Shown here: positions 26,317-37,800 of the stretch, piece by piece | How the letters are laid out: each line of letters starts with the position of its first letter | How positions within the stretch are numbered: the stretch's first letter is position 1 | From: Marsupella aquatica | Taxonomy: Eukaryota > Plantae > Marchantiophyta | Length of the DNA stretch: 64,000 nucleotides | Reading direction: 5' to 3' | NCBI GenBank assembly: GCA_973895155.1 | Contig: OZ316891.1 | Location: forward strand, 4,683,708-4,747,707 | Made by a program: the position numbers and the translations under genes | Notes under the pieces: model-generated | Seen by the model: only the letters and a program-made list of their open reading frames with translations | Told to the model about the DNA's origin: nothing | The model's database searches: none

Positions 26317-27147
26317 CTAATCCCACTCATAGTGTGTGAATAACTCATCTCCTGCTCTAATGGTCCTAGTAGCAAGAACTAAGCAATGGTCCTTATGATA
26401 TGTCGTGCCATATGGTGCCGGCATTGGACCATCAGTAAAAACCCACTCACAATTGGCCCTATGCTTGGGCCGAGTCCCCACAGTACTATTTATGAAACCA
26501 ACAATATTCCCATTACGTATGGGATCACCATCTATCACCCGCTGCTCACTATACCTTCTAGTGCTACCATCAAAAGTATCCATCTCTAGAGCATATGTTT
26601 TCCACTCAGGATGTTGTGCAAGGATCATGTTCCAATGTCTTCTCTTGTAGATGGGTCCACCGTATGGGAACAAAGTAGGACCCTCTCTACCACGAACACT
26701 TGACCCACCCTCCTCATCCATGATGATATCCTCACAAGCAAATACTCCATATCCATGTCTCTCTCCAAGTGTGGAAGTTTTCACAATCCAACGTCTACCC
26801 CAAACCACAATCTCCTCATCAAAATCTGTAAAATAAGGCAAGCCAAGAGTGATAGGTTCCCAATCCTTCATGATAGAGGCACACTTGCCAGTGAATGAAC
26901 AAACACCCCACCTACCCTGAACTAGTGTTCTGGATGGGTCATTGGGTGCTCGTGGCCTCCTGTTGGATTGGGGCCTGGACCGGGGTCTTCGTGTCTCAAT
27001 GGGCACATGAGGGTGTTCCCCTTCTGTCCCATGACTGGTACTAATTCCCAAACCCAAGGCTTGTGAAAGTGCATTGCCTATAGCATCTAAAACTCCTTGT
27101 GATGGGACATAGGGTGGTGGTGTCACCAATCTACGCATACTGGATCC
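26317..27147 (-). CDS. Element B SET-domain exon (putative lysine methyltransferase)
   Basis: SET motifs WIVKTSTLGERHGYGVFACEDI, LFPYGGPIY, IDGDP..NGNIVGFINS..ANCEW, VLATRTIRAGDELFTHYEW; no pre- or post-SET; open frame of 273+ aa. Confidence 0.88.
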   Translation of the reverse strand, partial: GSSMRRLVTPPPYVPSQGVLDAIGNALSQALGLGISTSHGTEGEHPHVPIETRRPRSRPQSNRRPRAPNDPSRTLVQGRWGVCSFTGKCASIMKDWEPITLGLPYFTDFDEEIVVWGRRWIVKTSTLGERHGYGVFACEDIIMDEEGGSSVRGREGPTLFPYGGPIYKRRHWNMILAQHPEWKTYALEMDTFDGSTRRYSEQRVIDGDPIRNGNIVGFINSTVGTRPKHRANCEWVFTDGPMPAPYGTTYHKDHCLVLATRTIRAGDELFTHYEWD

Positions 27148-27258
27148 CTATTCCATGCAAACACCCACAAACAACCAAATGTGTAAACCATATGTGTAAA
27201 CATTGATTCACCTCTAAAAATAACAGTAAAGAACGGCAATCAATTGAAACAAACTTAC

Positions 27259-27514
27259 CATATGGGATGAAGAAGCCCCGGGAGTAAGACCTCTATGACG
27301 TCCATCTCTCAATATGTTGAGCACACACATAAGATTTTTGAGAAATTTGGCCCACACATCTGGTGCAGTCACAAAGTCTTCGGGGTGGACCACGAGGACC
27401 AGTAACCTCGGGCTGAGGAGGAGGGGGTATATCGTCATCGGAGGAGTACTCACTACTGGATAGTTCAGAGGAAGAGGACATATCCACTGCCACATTACAT
27501 TGCATGTAGGGCAT
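27259..27514 (-). pseudogene. Element B exon 1: transposase-associated N-terminal segment (small frameshift)
   Basis: MSSSSELSSSEYSSDDDIPPPP...RRLCDCTRC...CAQHIER / GRHRGLTPGASSSHM followed by donor GTAAGT. Confidence 0.7.
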
Positions 27515-27634
27515 GATTAGGAAAAATTAGGCCATATATAAAGCGATTTTTAAAAAAATGAACTCAAAAAACAATTAGGTTGGTTTATACATGGGGTTTT
27601 ATTACCCTTTTATATTTGTTAGCATGAAACCCAA

Positions 27635-28640
27635 ATTAAGGTGAGTGTCATGCAAGAAGAAACCACATTATAACCTTTGGGAAAATTGTAATACCCTATG
27701 TCCTAAGTGAGGTTAGATTATTACCTGAATGAGACCCGGGCTCAACAGTGCCTATAGGTCACGTGGCTTTTGGAACATTTGCCAAATCTAGAAGTAGGAG
27801 GAAAATACTGGAAACAAAATGTAAGTTTGGATGGTAATTAGCAGCCGTCAAGTTGTGGAATCTTAGACATTTACCCACATATATCATGGCACAACAAAGA
27901 AGGGCAAGCATAAAAATCTGTACTAACAACATTGACTGTATACATGATGTTATACCTTTTAGATGCCCGGGTTCCCACAATGCATATGCATTAGACAAAA
28001 GTTGAGGTAGTAGTGTTGGCCCTGCGTTGTATCATGATTACATGGGTTTTCCCCTCAATTGTTAGCATAAAACCCTAAACCCTAAACCCTTATCCCCCCT
28101 CGAGTGAAAGGTGAGTGTCATGCAATAAAAACCCACCCTAGACCCCTGGGAAAACTCTAAAGGCCTAAGCCCAGAATGAAGTTGGACAATAATTACCTGA
28201 ATGAGATCCGGACTCAATAGTGCCTGTAGGTCGTGTGGCTCATTGAACATGAGCTGAATCTAGAAGCACGAGGAAAATACTGGAAACAAAAAAGTAAGTT
28301 TGGATAGCCATTAGCTTCTCTCAAGTTGTAGACCCCCAAACATGTGCATATAGATATTCTTGCACAACAAAGAAGGGCAAGGTTTATGAACAATCTCTTT
28401 ATCAAACCCTGCTAACATACATGTTTAAATATACCTTTTAGATGTCCGGGTTCCCACAATGCATATGCATTAGACAAAAGTTGAGGAAGCAGTGATGGTC
28501 CTGCACTGGATCATGATTACATGGGATTTCCCTCAATTGTTAGCATAAAAACCAAAACCTCATCCCGCTTCAAGTGAAAGGTGAGTGTCATGCAATAAAA
28601 ACCCACCATAGACCCTTGGGAACTCTAAAAGCGTAAGCCA
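27635..28640. repeat. ~470-bp tandem repeat (2+ copies) in the intergenic region of B
   Basis: AAGGTGAGTGTCATGCAA recurs at ~27638, ~28108 and ~28578 with long matching blocks (e.g. GGGTTCCCACAATGCATATGCATTAGACAAAAGTTGAGG twice). Confidence 0.85.
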
Positions 28641-29289
28641 ATGAAGTTAGCAAAAACCTAAATGGTCAATTCCCTTCAACCATCCTATGCTTCTCTCTAC
28701 CATAATTATATGCCACCCCTCTTGGTTACCCTCCTAAGATACCATAAAAGTAACCCAAGATACTATAAAACTGAAACCTCTCTTTCAAACCCTCCTAAGT
28801 TGGCCTAAACCCCAAAACCCAAAACATAAAACCCCTCCTAGCTCTTACCCTCCAATACATATAACCCCAACCTTCATAAATAAAACCCCCCTGCAAACCC
28901 AAAACATAAAACCCCTCGTATCTAAGCCAATCTAAGCCCAACCTTCACAAAAGAAACCCTCCCCTAACCAGGCCAAACCCCCTCCTCTTACCCTGCAATA
29001 TAACTCCTTCAATTTTCTAACCCCCCCAATCCTTATCTCATCACATCCCACTAAAATGCAACATAATCCTCTACATCTACCCCATTTAATGTTCATAAGC
29101 CCCCTTAGTATCCCTAACAACACATCAAATACGCATGCGAGACGGGGGTTATGGCAAAACCAAATAGCGAAGGCTTTTGCGAATCTTGAAGCTTCGCAAA
29201 GATAGAATTTGTGAAGCTTTTTGCGAAGGCCGATGCATCGCAAACTGTGATGCGAAACGAATCGCAAAGCCCAATATTTTGAATCCTTA

Positions 29290-31220
29290 TGGATTGCCGA
29301 GCAAGCAGGTCTCACTGCAGGGCAAGCAGCAGTGGAGGAGGATGCAAGGAAGGCAGCAGAGCAGGCGGCTGCTGAGAGGAAGCGAAAGAGGGACGAGAGA
29401 GCTCAGGCTGGAGTGCTCTCGCCTCAAGCATTGGAAAAGAAGAGGAGGAAAGATGAGAGAGACCTGATCAGGAAACAGAGGGAGGAGCAAAGAAAGAAGG
29501 AGGCAGCAAGGAGGAAGTTGCCTCTGATTACTTTAGAGGATGAGGGGATTCCCACCGAGCTTGCTTACAATGGGGCCAAGAGCACAATCAGGCACATTGT
29601 ATCCACAAATTTTGCAAGAGGAGTCGAGTGGGGCACTCGCTCAAAGGCAGAGCAGAAGTGAGTCATCAATCAGGTGAAAGATGCATTTCGAAATGGAGGA
29701 GAGATGGATTCACAGTGACTTGCTGACAAAATTTCAAACTCCATGTCACAAGCTAGATACCATGATAGAATGAAGATCAGGTCTCACCTTAGAGATTTGG
29801 AGGAGTATAGGAATTTGCAGAGGCCGCTGCAATTCTCAGAAGATATCTGGCAGGCCTTCTACCAGACAGAGGTGAAGTTGAAAGCAGCCAGGCTCCTCAA
29901 TGATTTCACAAAGAAGCTGGCAAAGGCTCGAAGGGCAAAGGAGGCCGGGAAGTCTGACCGGGACCTGAAGGTGATGGAGCAGAAGGTAGCCCAGCTCCAG
30001 CAGGTTGTAGCAGAAGTAGGCGATCCACCCAACAAGTTCCTGAAGGCAGCTGAGCGAGTCCGAGACAAGCCCAACATCACCCACAGGCTGGGTCAAGGTG
30101 GCCTCCCCGGCCTCAAAGCAGCATTCGTGAGTGCACCTCCCTCTCCTCCCTTGACTTCTTGCTACTCCAATTCCTATTCCAACACACCTGCAATGAGCCA
30201 ACTCTTTCTTGCATTTCCACCAAGTAGTTACAATTAGACTTGTTGTGTCAGATTAGGTCACGTACAGTTGCTTCCCTCTCGGGTTTTTGCCATGACAGAG
30301 TTTGCGATACATTTGCGATGCAGGTAGCTTCGCAAATCCTTTGCAAACCTTATTATGGCCTTTTTTTGCTTACGTTTGCGAAGGCATTGCGAAGATGTTC
30401 GCATCGCAACCAGCTTCGCAAACGTAATTGTCCTTATGATTGCGAAGCTGGCGCCTTCGCAAAATTTCAAAAATTTGAATTTTTAAATTTTCCGATCGTT
30501 TAAGTGTTCTTTGAGGGTCTTCCCCATATATGCCACCCTCCATAACCCCAAAACCTTGATGCACCACCCCACCAGCCCCAACAAACCCCCTAATTTTTAG
30601 AAGCCATGTGAATCGGGTTATGGGTTGGTGTTAACCCAATTGTGCTGGTTTTGTTTTGGCTTAGTACAAGAGGTACAAGAGGAAGATTACGGCGGCTGAG
30701 ATGGAGGTGGGCCAGAAACATGGGAAGGAGCATCTCTTTCAGCAAGTTGATGAATTATTGGTGAGAATTTTTAGGTTATTACATTCATTGCAATTTTGAA
30801 TGAATATCTCTTTTGTTCACACTTGTAAAGAATATGAGACTAACAGACACCCTGGTTTGCTAATGGAAGCAGGGAGGGGAGGATGGTGACTCCCATACCG
30901 AGGGTGGCACCGATAGTAGTGATGAGGATGTGGAGGGGACAGGGGAGGGGAGCACAGCTCCTGCTACTCAAGCCAGGCCAACTAGCACTGGAGACCAGTC
31001 ATTTGCATCAGCACATTCCAGTGGTGCTGGGGGTGGTAGCGCGGCAAGCCAGGGCAGTGGAGGTGGGGATGAGGATGAGGATGAGGATGAGGATGAGGGT
31101 GACCCCGAGGGTGACCAAGAGGAGGAGGAAGTCCAGGTTGCACCCCCCCCAAGAGCACACAAGGGCAAGGAGAAGGCCAAGGGGAAGAAGGCAAGGAGGG
31201 GCAGGAACACTCCTTTCTAG
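29290..31220 (+). pseudogene. Element B TnpA/PTTA-like gene with premature stops
   Basis: Aligns with the A gene (LSPQALEKKRR vs LSPRQKEKSLRR; ITHRLGQGGLPGLKAAF vs VTHRMGQGGSQRLKADF; same three-exon layout); TGA stops at ~29659 and ~29716. Confidence 0.75.
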
Positions 31221-32011
31221 CTCGATGTAGACAAGTTGTAGCTAGAGCACTTACATCGAGTTCACATGTATAGCGATCAGCATGCATGGCCGTGGCACTT
31301 TACCTAAGGGTTTTTACCCTTCCATTTTGTAACTTTTGTACTTTTTCAGTAATGCCATTTTAATTGCGGCAGATTGGGTCAACATCACTTTCCTCCCTCC
31401 TTCAAAACCCATGAATGGTCTCCCTCACCCTCACCCTAACCCAAATACACAAAAACCCATGAAATATACATTTTGCAAAGCTTTTGAGAACCAACCCCCA
31501 TCTCAAAGAGCCACGGTGAACATATCGCAACCATTCCGAGGAGAAACGCATCGCAACACTTGCGATGTTGTCTAAATCACAACCCTAGCGAAGACTTACT
31601 CTCCACACGTTTGCGAGTTAAATGCCTTCGCAACAAAGCGGTCATCCGCTTCTCGCAATCTTACGAGTTTGTTTGCATCGCAAGTTATAGAGAAATTTAA
31701 CATCGGAAATTGCGATGTAAATGTTATCGCAACGCGAGCGATTCATTTGTTCTCGCAAAATAATGAAATTTGTCGTTTCTCAATATTTGCAAGGACAGTG
31801 CCGTTGCAACGTTGCGGAGATGTTGCGACGTATTTAGAATCGCAAGTTGCGAAGTAGTTGCGAAGGGCCGTTTGCGAAGAATTTGAGATGGGAAGTAGCG
31901 AAGACGTTGCGATGCGAGTAAGTTCGCAAATTGGGTATTTCGGATTTTGTTTCCTTTGTATGATGCGAAGGGTGGTGGTTCGCAAAAGAGGTGCATAGTG
32001 TTGTAGTGTCC

Positions 32012-32954
32012 TCCATTGGTCTCTAGTCAACTATGGCATGATGCATTCCTAGCTGGTGCTAGACAGTTGCTTGCATCATCAGTTGAAGACCCCGAGCAAT
32101 CATGTACCCCCGCACATGTTCAGGCAGATGTTGTTCATGAACCCATAGTGGTAGAGTTGGGGCATGGTAGGGATGATGCACCGCCCCCTACTAGGGTTCT
32201 ACGCACAAGACCATGTTCTCATAGACGTTGACAACAGCATGTAGTTCTAGACACAGACCCATCCCATGAGCACTTTAGAAGGAGTGTTATGCCTCCACCA
32301 GGGGAGGAGTACATAGAAGTTGAAGGGAGGTTGGGCTTGTCATATGTGACGGGAAAGGCAATCAGTGTCTTCAAGGATTTTGACCCTGAGAGTTTTGCGA
32401 TTCCTCGTGGCCTAGCCATTGACATCCCTGTACATATATGGGGTCGGCAATGGATAGTGAAGGCATCGACCCTTGTCGGGGAGGTTGGGTTAGGCTTATT
32501 TGCTTTGGAGGACATTGAGGTCCCTCCAAAGCCTTGGCGTCGTGGCTATGATGGGGAACACCTTTTCCCTTACATTGGGCCTGTGTATACATCCAAGAGT
32601 TGGAACATCCTCTTGCGCCAACATCCAGCTTGGGGGGTATATGCATTGCAGATGGGCTCAGACCCAGATGAGGTCCTAAGGAGGCCTTGGCATTGTAGGA
32701 TGATTGATGGGGACCCTGTGCGTTCAGATAACATAGCTGGGTACATCAATAGTACACATGGTAGAGGGAGTGGACTCCAGCCTAATGTAGAGTGGGCTCA
32801 GATTTTTGGCCCACCCACTCCGCCTTACTATGTCACACATATGGATGATCATGTTATGACAGTAGCCATACGGACCATTAGGGCGGGTGATGAGTTTTTT
32901 TGTGACTATCAATGGAACGCACCCACGATGGGCATTCGATCTGGCCACACTTAG
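32012..32954 (+). pseudogene. Element A SET-domain exon (begins 21340-21359, split by B; one premature TGA at 32229-32231)
   Basis: WIVKASTLVGEVGLGLFALEDI, LFPYIGPVY, IDGDPVRSDNIAGYINS, PNVEW, VAIRTIRAGDEFFCDYQW; clearly homologous to 26317-27147. Confidence 0.88.
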
Positions 32955-34810
32955 CACATATGTGTATTCCCCATTTTTGAAGTAATATAAGAATATTGTA
33001 GTTTTTTTAGGAACCCATGGGCTAACTCAAACGTATATATATGTTTTGTGCGTTGTATGATAGAATGCATATGTTGAGCCGGATGTTGGGGTGTTACCAC
33101 GAGCTATGCGCCAACACCTTGTGCAGGCCATGGAAGATTGGCGACATGCCTCTCTACCACCAGATGGCGATCCGGATGTTCCAGAGCAGGAACCAGATGC
33201 CTCCCAATCAAGAGTTGATGAAGATAGGGCCATGGATGACTTGATGCACCAATTCTATGACATAGAGGATGGTGATCATGATATGGCTGATGGGGAGAAC
33301 ATTGAGGTCCCACTTCCACATCAAGAAGGTTCAAGGAGTTCAGCCTCCAAACAGTGGGAGGAAGCACGTCAACATGCGCAAACTCGGATATTTGATGGAT
33401 CACGCTTGTCTCGTCTTTCAGCAATAATGTTGTTGTTGAACTTGCAGCAAAGACATGGAGCAAGCAACCTACTTCTTGATGATCTCTTTCGGACATTGCA
33501 TGATTGTATCTTGCCAGAAGGAAACAACTTGCCAGACTCTTGGAAAGAGGCAAAGAAGGTGTTGAAGTCCATAGGTCTACAATACGAAGTCATACATGCT
33601 TGCGTGAATGATTGCGTTCTGTTTAGAGGCACTTATAAAGATGCAACGTCATGTCCTACATGTGAGAAGCCGAGGTATCGTGAGGACATGTTGACGGGAA
33701 AAGTTCCTCAGAAGGTCATGAGGTACTTTCCTCTTATACCTCGTTTGCGCCACCAATATAGATGTGCTGAGTTGGCTGAGTATATGGTTTGGCATTCCCA
33801 AAATCGCTCAGATATGAGTTCACAACCACCCACCATGCACATGATGGTTGACTCCCCTGCAAACAAGTTTGTGGAGGAGAGATGGGGTGAGTTCCGAACT
33901 GACCCACGTCATGTTCGCCCCCTGGGCCCCCAGCCTTTGTATTGATAAGGGGTATACGTGCGTACAGCCCCTTACCACATACCCCTTATTATTTTTGGTC
34001 ACTGATAGATATAGCTCTTGTTATTCTTAAAAACTTAATTTTAGAGAATTTAAAAGTCCCTTGCAAAAATTATAAATGTACCATTAATCACATTTAAAAA
34101 GGTCTTAAAATATTATAAATTTTTGAAAAATATTGAAAAATATACAAAACTCATTAAAGGTATACCATAGAAAAATAGGTATCTCTATATAAAATAGTGT
34201 TGGAATGGAGAAGAAGACTCAACTTTAACACATATAAGAGTGTGTTCTTATGTTCTAGCACATGTAAGAGTGCTTCACTATCACATGCAATAGTGATTAC
34301 AAATCTATCTATTGTCTATAAGAGCATATATGTAAAAGTACTTATACAACTATTTTCTAATAATTTTATAAAAGCACTATTTCTAGAAAACATTTTGCTG
34401 TAAACATGTAAGAGTGTTTGCAGAAGTTCTCAACTAAGAGGCCGGGCACACATGTAAGTTTAGTGCATACAGAACTCCTATCAGAACTAAGAGAACACTG
34501 TGGAATTTATATGTCCTCCTCTTGTCTTCCATCTTCAAACGATCTTGTCTTCCTTCTTCAAAAGATCCTGAGTGAACACAATCAAAAAAATTTACATCAA
34601 AAACAGTAATGATTTGTCCAAATTAAACTACTATGTGGAGTAGTATGTAAGCCCCTAATGAGCATATGTTTTACTGTGTCATATCAAATGGGATATCAAA
34701 TTGTTCACAAAAAAGCAAACAGGATCTTAAGCACTTGCCTTAGAAAAAATCTTGTCTTCTTGCATGGCTGAATTCTCAGAATATCACCATTTACCCCTCT
34801 GTTGTACCAA

Positions 34811-37800
34811 TCACGTATGGGCTTTAGCAAAATCATCCAGCAAATTTGCATCAGCGGGATGCAAATGAAAAACATTTGGAGTTGTGGGATTCACTGATAG
34901 TGTCACGTTTGATATCACACAATCCAAATCGATCCACTGAGGATCACAAACATTGTAAGCAAATCTGTGCTTACTATTTCCAATCCTTGAAAACCATTCA
35001 AAACGAACTCTTACAGCTTCTTCACCGCCAGGCTTATCAAGTAAATCCACTGATTGTCTTGTTCTACCCATCACCCGACCCTGATATTTTCGTTGGATGC
35101 ATTGTACCCTCCCTATCCACCAAGTGTACTTAAGGGTATCAGGTACTGTGGTAACGTTCACAGGTTCTCCCCTTGGCTTTTTTGGATTGGGAGCAGAAGA
35201 TCCATTTGTTGTCCCACATTCTTTCCTTGCTCTTTTCCCTTTCATGGCTTTTTGTATAGCCTCAGTGGCTCTTGTGGCCCGAGTCTGTACTGTTGTATCA
35301 GCAAAGAGAACTCCACAATCACTGTACCCACAGTCATGAACATGGTGACTGCTCTTGCTCGATCTTTGGGTGCATCAACTAAATTGTTGAAGTACAAGCT
35401 CTGTTTCACTCTAGTCAAACGATCTTTACTTACATTGGGGTTACCAACTAGTTGGCTTACCAATGTGCTCTTGTATATGGTCCGACCATCAAAACTCACA
35501 GTTGGTCTGATGTCAAGCTAGAACAGGTTGTCCATACACCAAGTCTGAATGCATTTCAGACATAACAGCAGAACAGTGATCTCCTACTATTGCAATGCTT
35601 GGCCTTTCACTATCTTCAATGATCTCACTACCTTCTGCCATTGCAATATCAGCTGGAAGTGCTAGGATGGTTACATTAGCTGCAATTTGCCTGATCTCCC
35701 CGCCTGATTCTTCATCATCACTATCAACAAGTGCAAGATCCTCCACCTTAACATCACACCATCCTCCAAACTTGGACCCTTTTTTTTCAGTAATCCAAGG
35801 TGATTCCCACCATACTTTATCCCTACAAGATGTAGATGGATTCATCAGCAACTCGATTCCTACAGTCTGGGCTAATAGTAACCCTTCTTTTAGGGCTATC
35901 ACAACTTCCTCATTGGTTTCAATACCTGTGTAGTCTACAGGATTAACAGAAATCGAAGTACCAACTTGTACCGGTACCGGATGCAATTTCATCCAAATAT
36001 TGCAATGCTTCTTGTGACTTTTTCCAGCCCCTCTGATCCCTTTGCTGAGATCCATTGCAGCCAACCTATTCAGAGATGTTGCACAGTCAATCAACTCAGA
36101 GAAATCATAACTACGCTCATTCCCTTTCATTCCTCCTACTTTGGAGAAAAACTGTTCGCATGCATCAGATCCTGTCAAATGCAATGGCACATTTGGCAAA
36201 TGTCTGAAATTATCCCTAAATTGGATAATTAGAAGTACTACAAAGTGCACAGACATCTGAATGTCAAGAAACGTCTGCATAGGGACACAACTCACAGTAA
36301 AGTTGATTGTTGTTGTGTTACCTCCAACACCATGATTTCCATGAAAACACCATAGTCGCCAAAGGCGGAAAAAGAAACTAACTTTGGCACAAAGCACAAC
36401 TCGCTCTCTCAAGGTGAGACAAGGATTCATAAAGATATCCAAGTAATCACCACATATTGTGAGATACATCTCAGTCCCTAGAGTTCGCTCAACTCTTGCA
36501 TCTTTCCTTTCACGAAGCATTCTTAGTGCCTTCACAACTTTTCTAATACATAGTCGTTGTGCACTAGCCCAATTCTGTCTATCATTCCGTGTAACATCAC
36601 CTTTGTTCAACCCATGATCCAAGTTGCTATATAAACGTTGGAGAGTGTCCAAGTTACTGATTCCAGCCACCTCTGTTCCAAGCTTCAAAGTTCTGGCAGC
36701 AGAATCAAGTGGGTTTATTAACTTCTTTCCATTGTGAATGTAATCCTGATCATGTAACCCAACAGCATGTGTATGACGTCCATTGGTAGTGAATGAGTGG
36801 CTCAATAGCCAACCTTCCCATCTCAGATTTTGTCTTGGCCCTTGATATGAGCTTTGACCAGTGTAGTCTTCCAGCATCAGCTTCCTCCTTCGTGCATCTC
36901 CATCACTAGCATGACCCACGAGAGGACCAACTGAGTCTAGACAATATTTAGCCCACAGTGTGTCTGTGGACTTCCATTGTTGACTGACAAAATCTGCAGT
37001 AAACTTACCGCATGTACTCATAGCTACCATGCAAAATTTAGGAAATCTTTCTGCAAGAGGATTTACTACTATACATCTGGCCTGGTTTCCAATTTTGTAA
37101 TTCTCAAAGGTATCAGTGATTTTGCTGAAACCTTCCTCTCCTGCTCCAACCTTTATTGTCAAGCCAACCACACATTGATGATCCTCTTTCAACCCACAAA
37201 ACCCCAATAATGTGTCATGTTTTGGTTGCCATCTGCAACACAGCCATCCACAATAGTGGTCAGCCACAGACCTACTGGGGAGAGGGATAATAGACAAAAA
37301 TTTGCTATAGTTTAGGGTATTGTCAAGGAAATGAAATCACCTTACTGTCCGCTTAAGACATGTCTCATCTTCTGCCAAATAGCATGGCACAGGACCTGTG
37401 ATCCCCATCCTCTGCTTTAGTTGAGAGTATACAGCAGCAACAAACTTGAACTGGTCAGCATGTAAACCAGGCCTAAATATAGCCATGGCCCTCCTGTCTC
37501 GTTGAAGGGTGTTCAGGCTAGGGCCTAATGCATTACTTTGCAAGCAGTCCACTACACGCCTGCCACCGTGTTGGAACAATATGATCTGGGAAAGAAGTTT
37601 AGTGCCAGGCCGAAAGGTGTTTCCTTCTTTCTTCCTATTAAGGTTTGCAGCTACATCTCGCAACAAGTCCCATAGGGCCTCTCTCCCACCAAATGCACCA
37701 CGCTGGTGAGCCAAGACTATGTCATTGCAGAACTTGTATAGGTCTTTCCTATTTCTAGACTCTTTGCAAAGATCTCTCAAAGTGGGGACTCGGGCTCCCA

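Larger units (their letters stand above)
21360..32008. mobile_element. CACTA element B (10.6 kb), inserted in opposite orientation into the SET exon of A
   Basis: TIR CACTACTACA / TGTTGTAGTG; TSD TCC (21357-21359, 32009-32011); TTGCGA/TCGCAA subterminal arrays at both ends. Confidence 0.93.

Noticed and set aside
28070-28930. AAACCCT telomere-like words
   Set aside because: Scattered and degenerate; consistent with telo-box-like promoter sequence rather than an interstitial telomere
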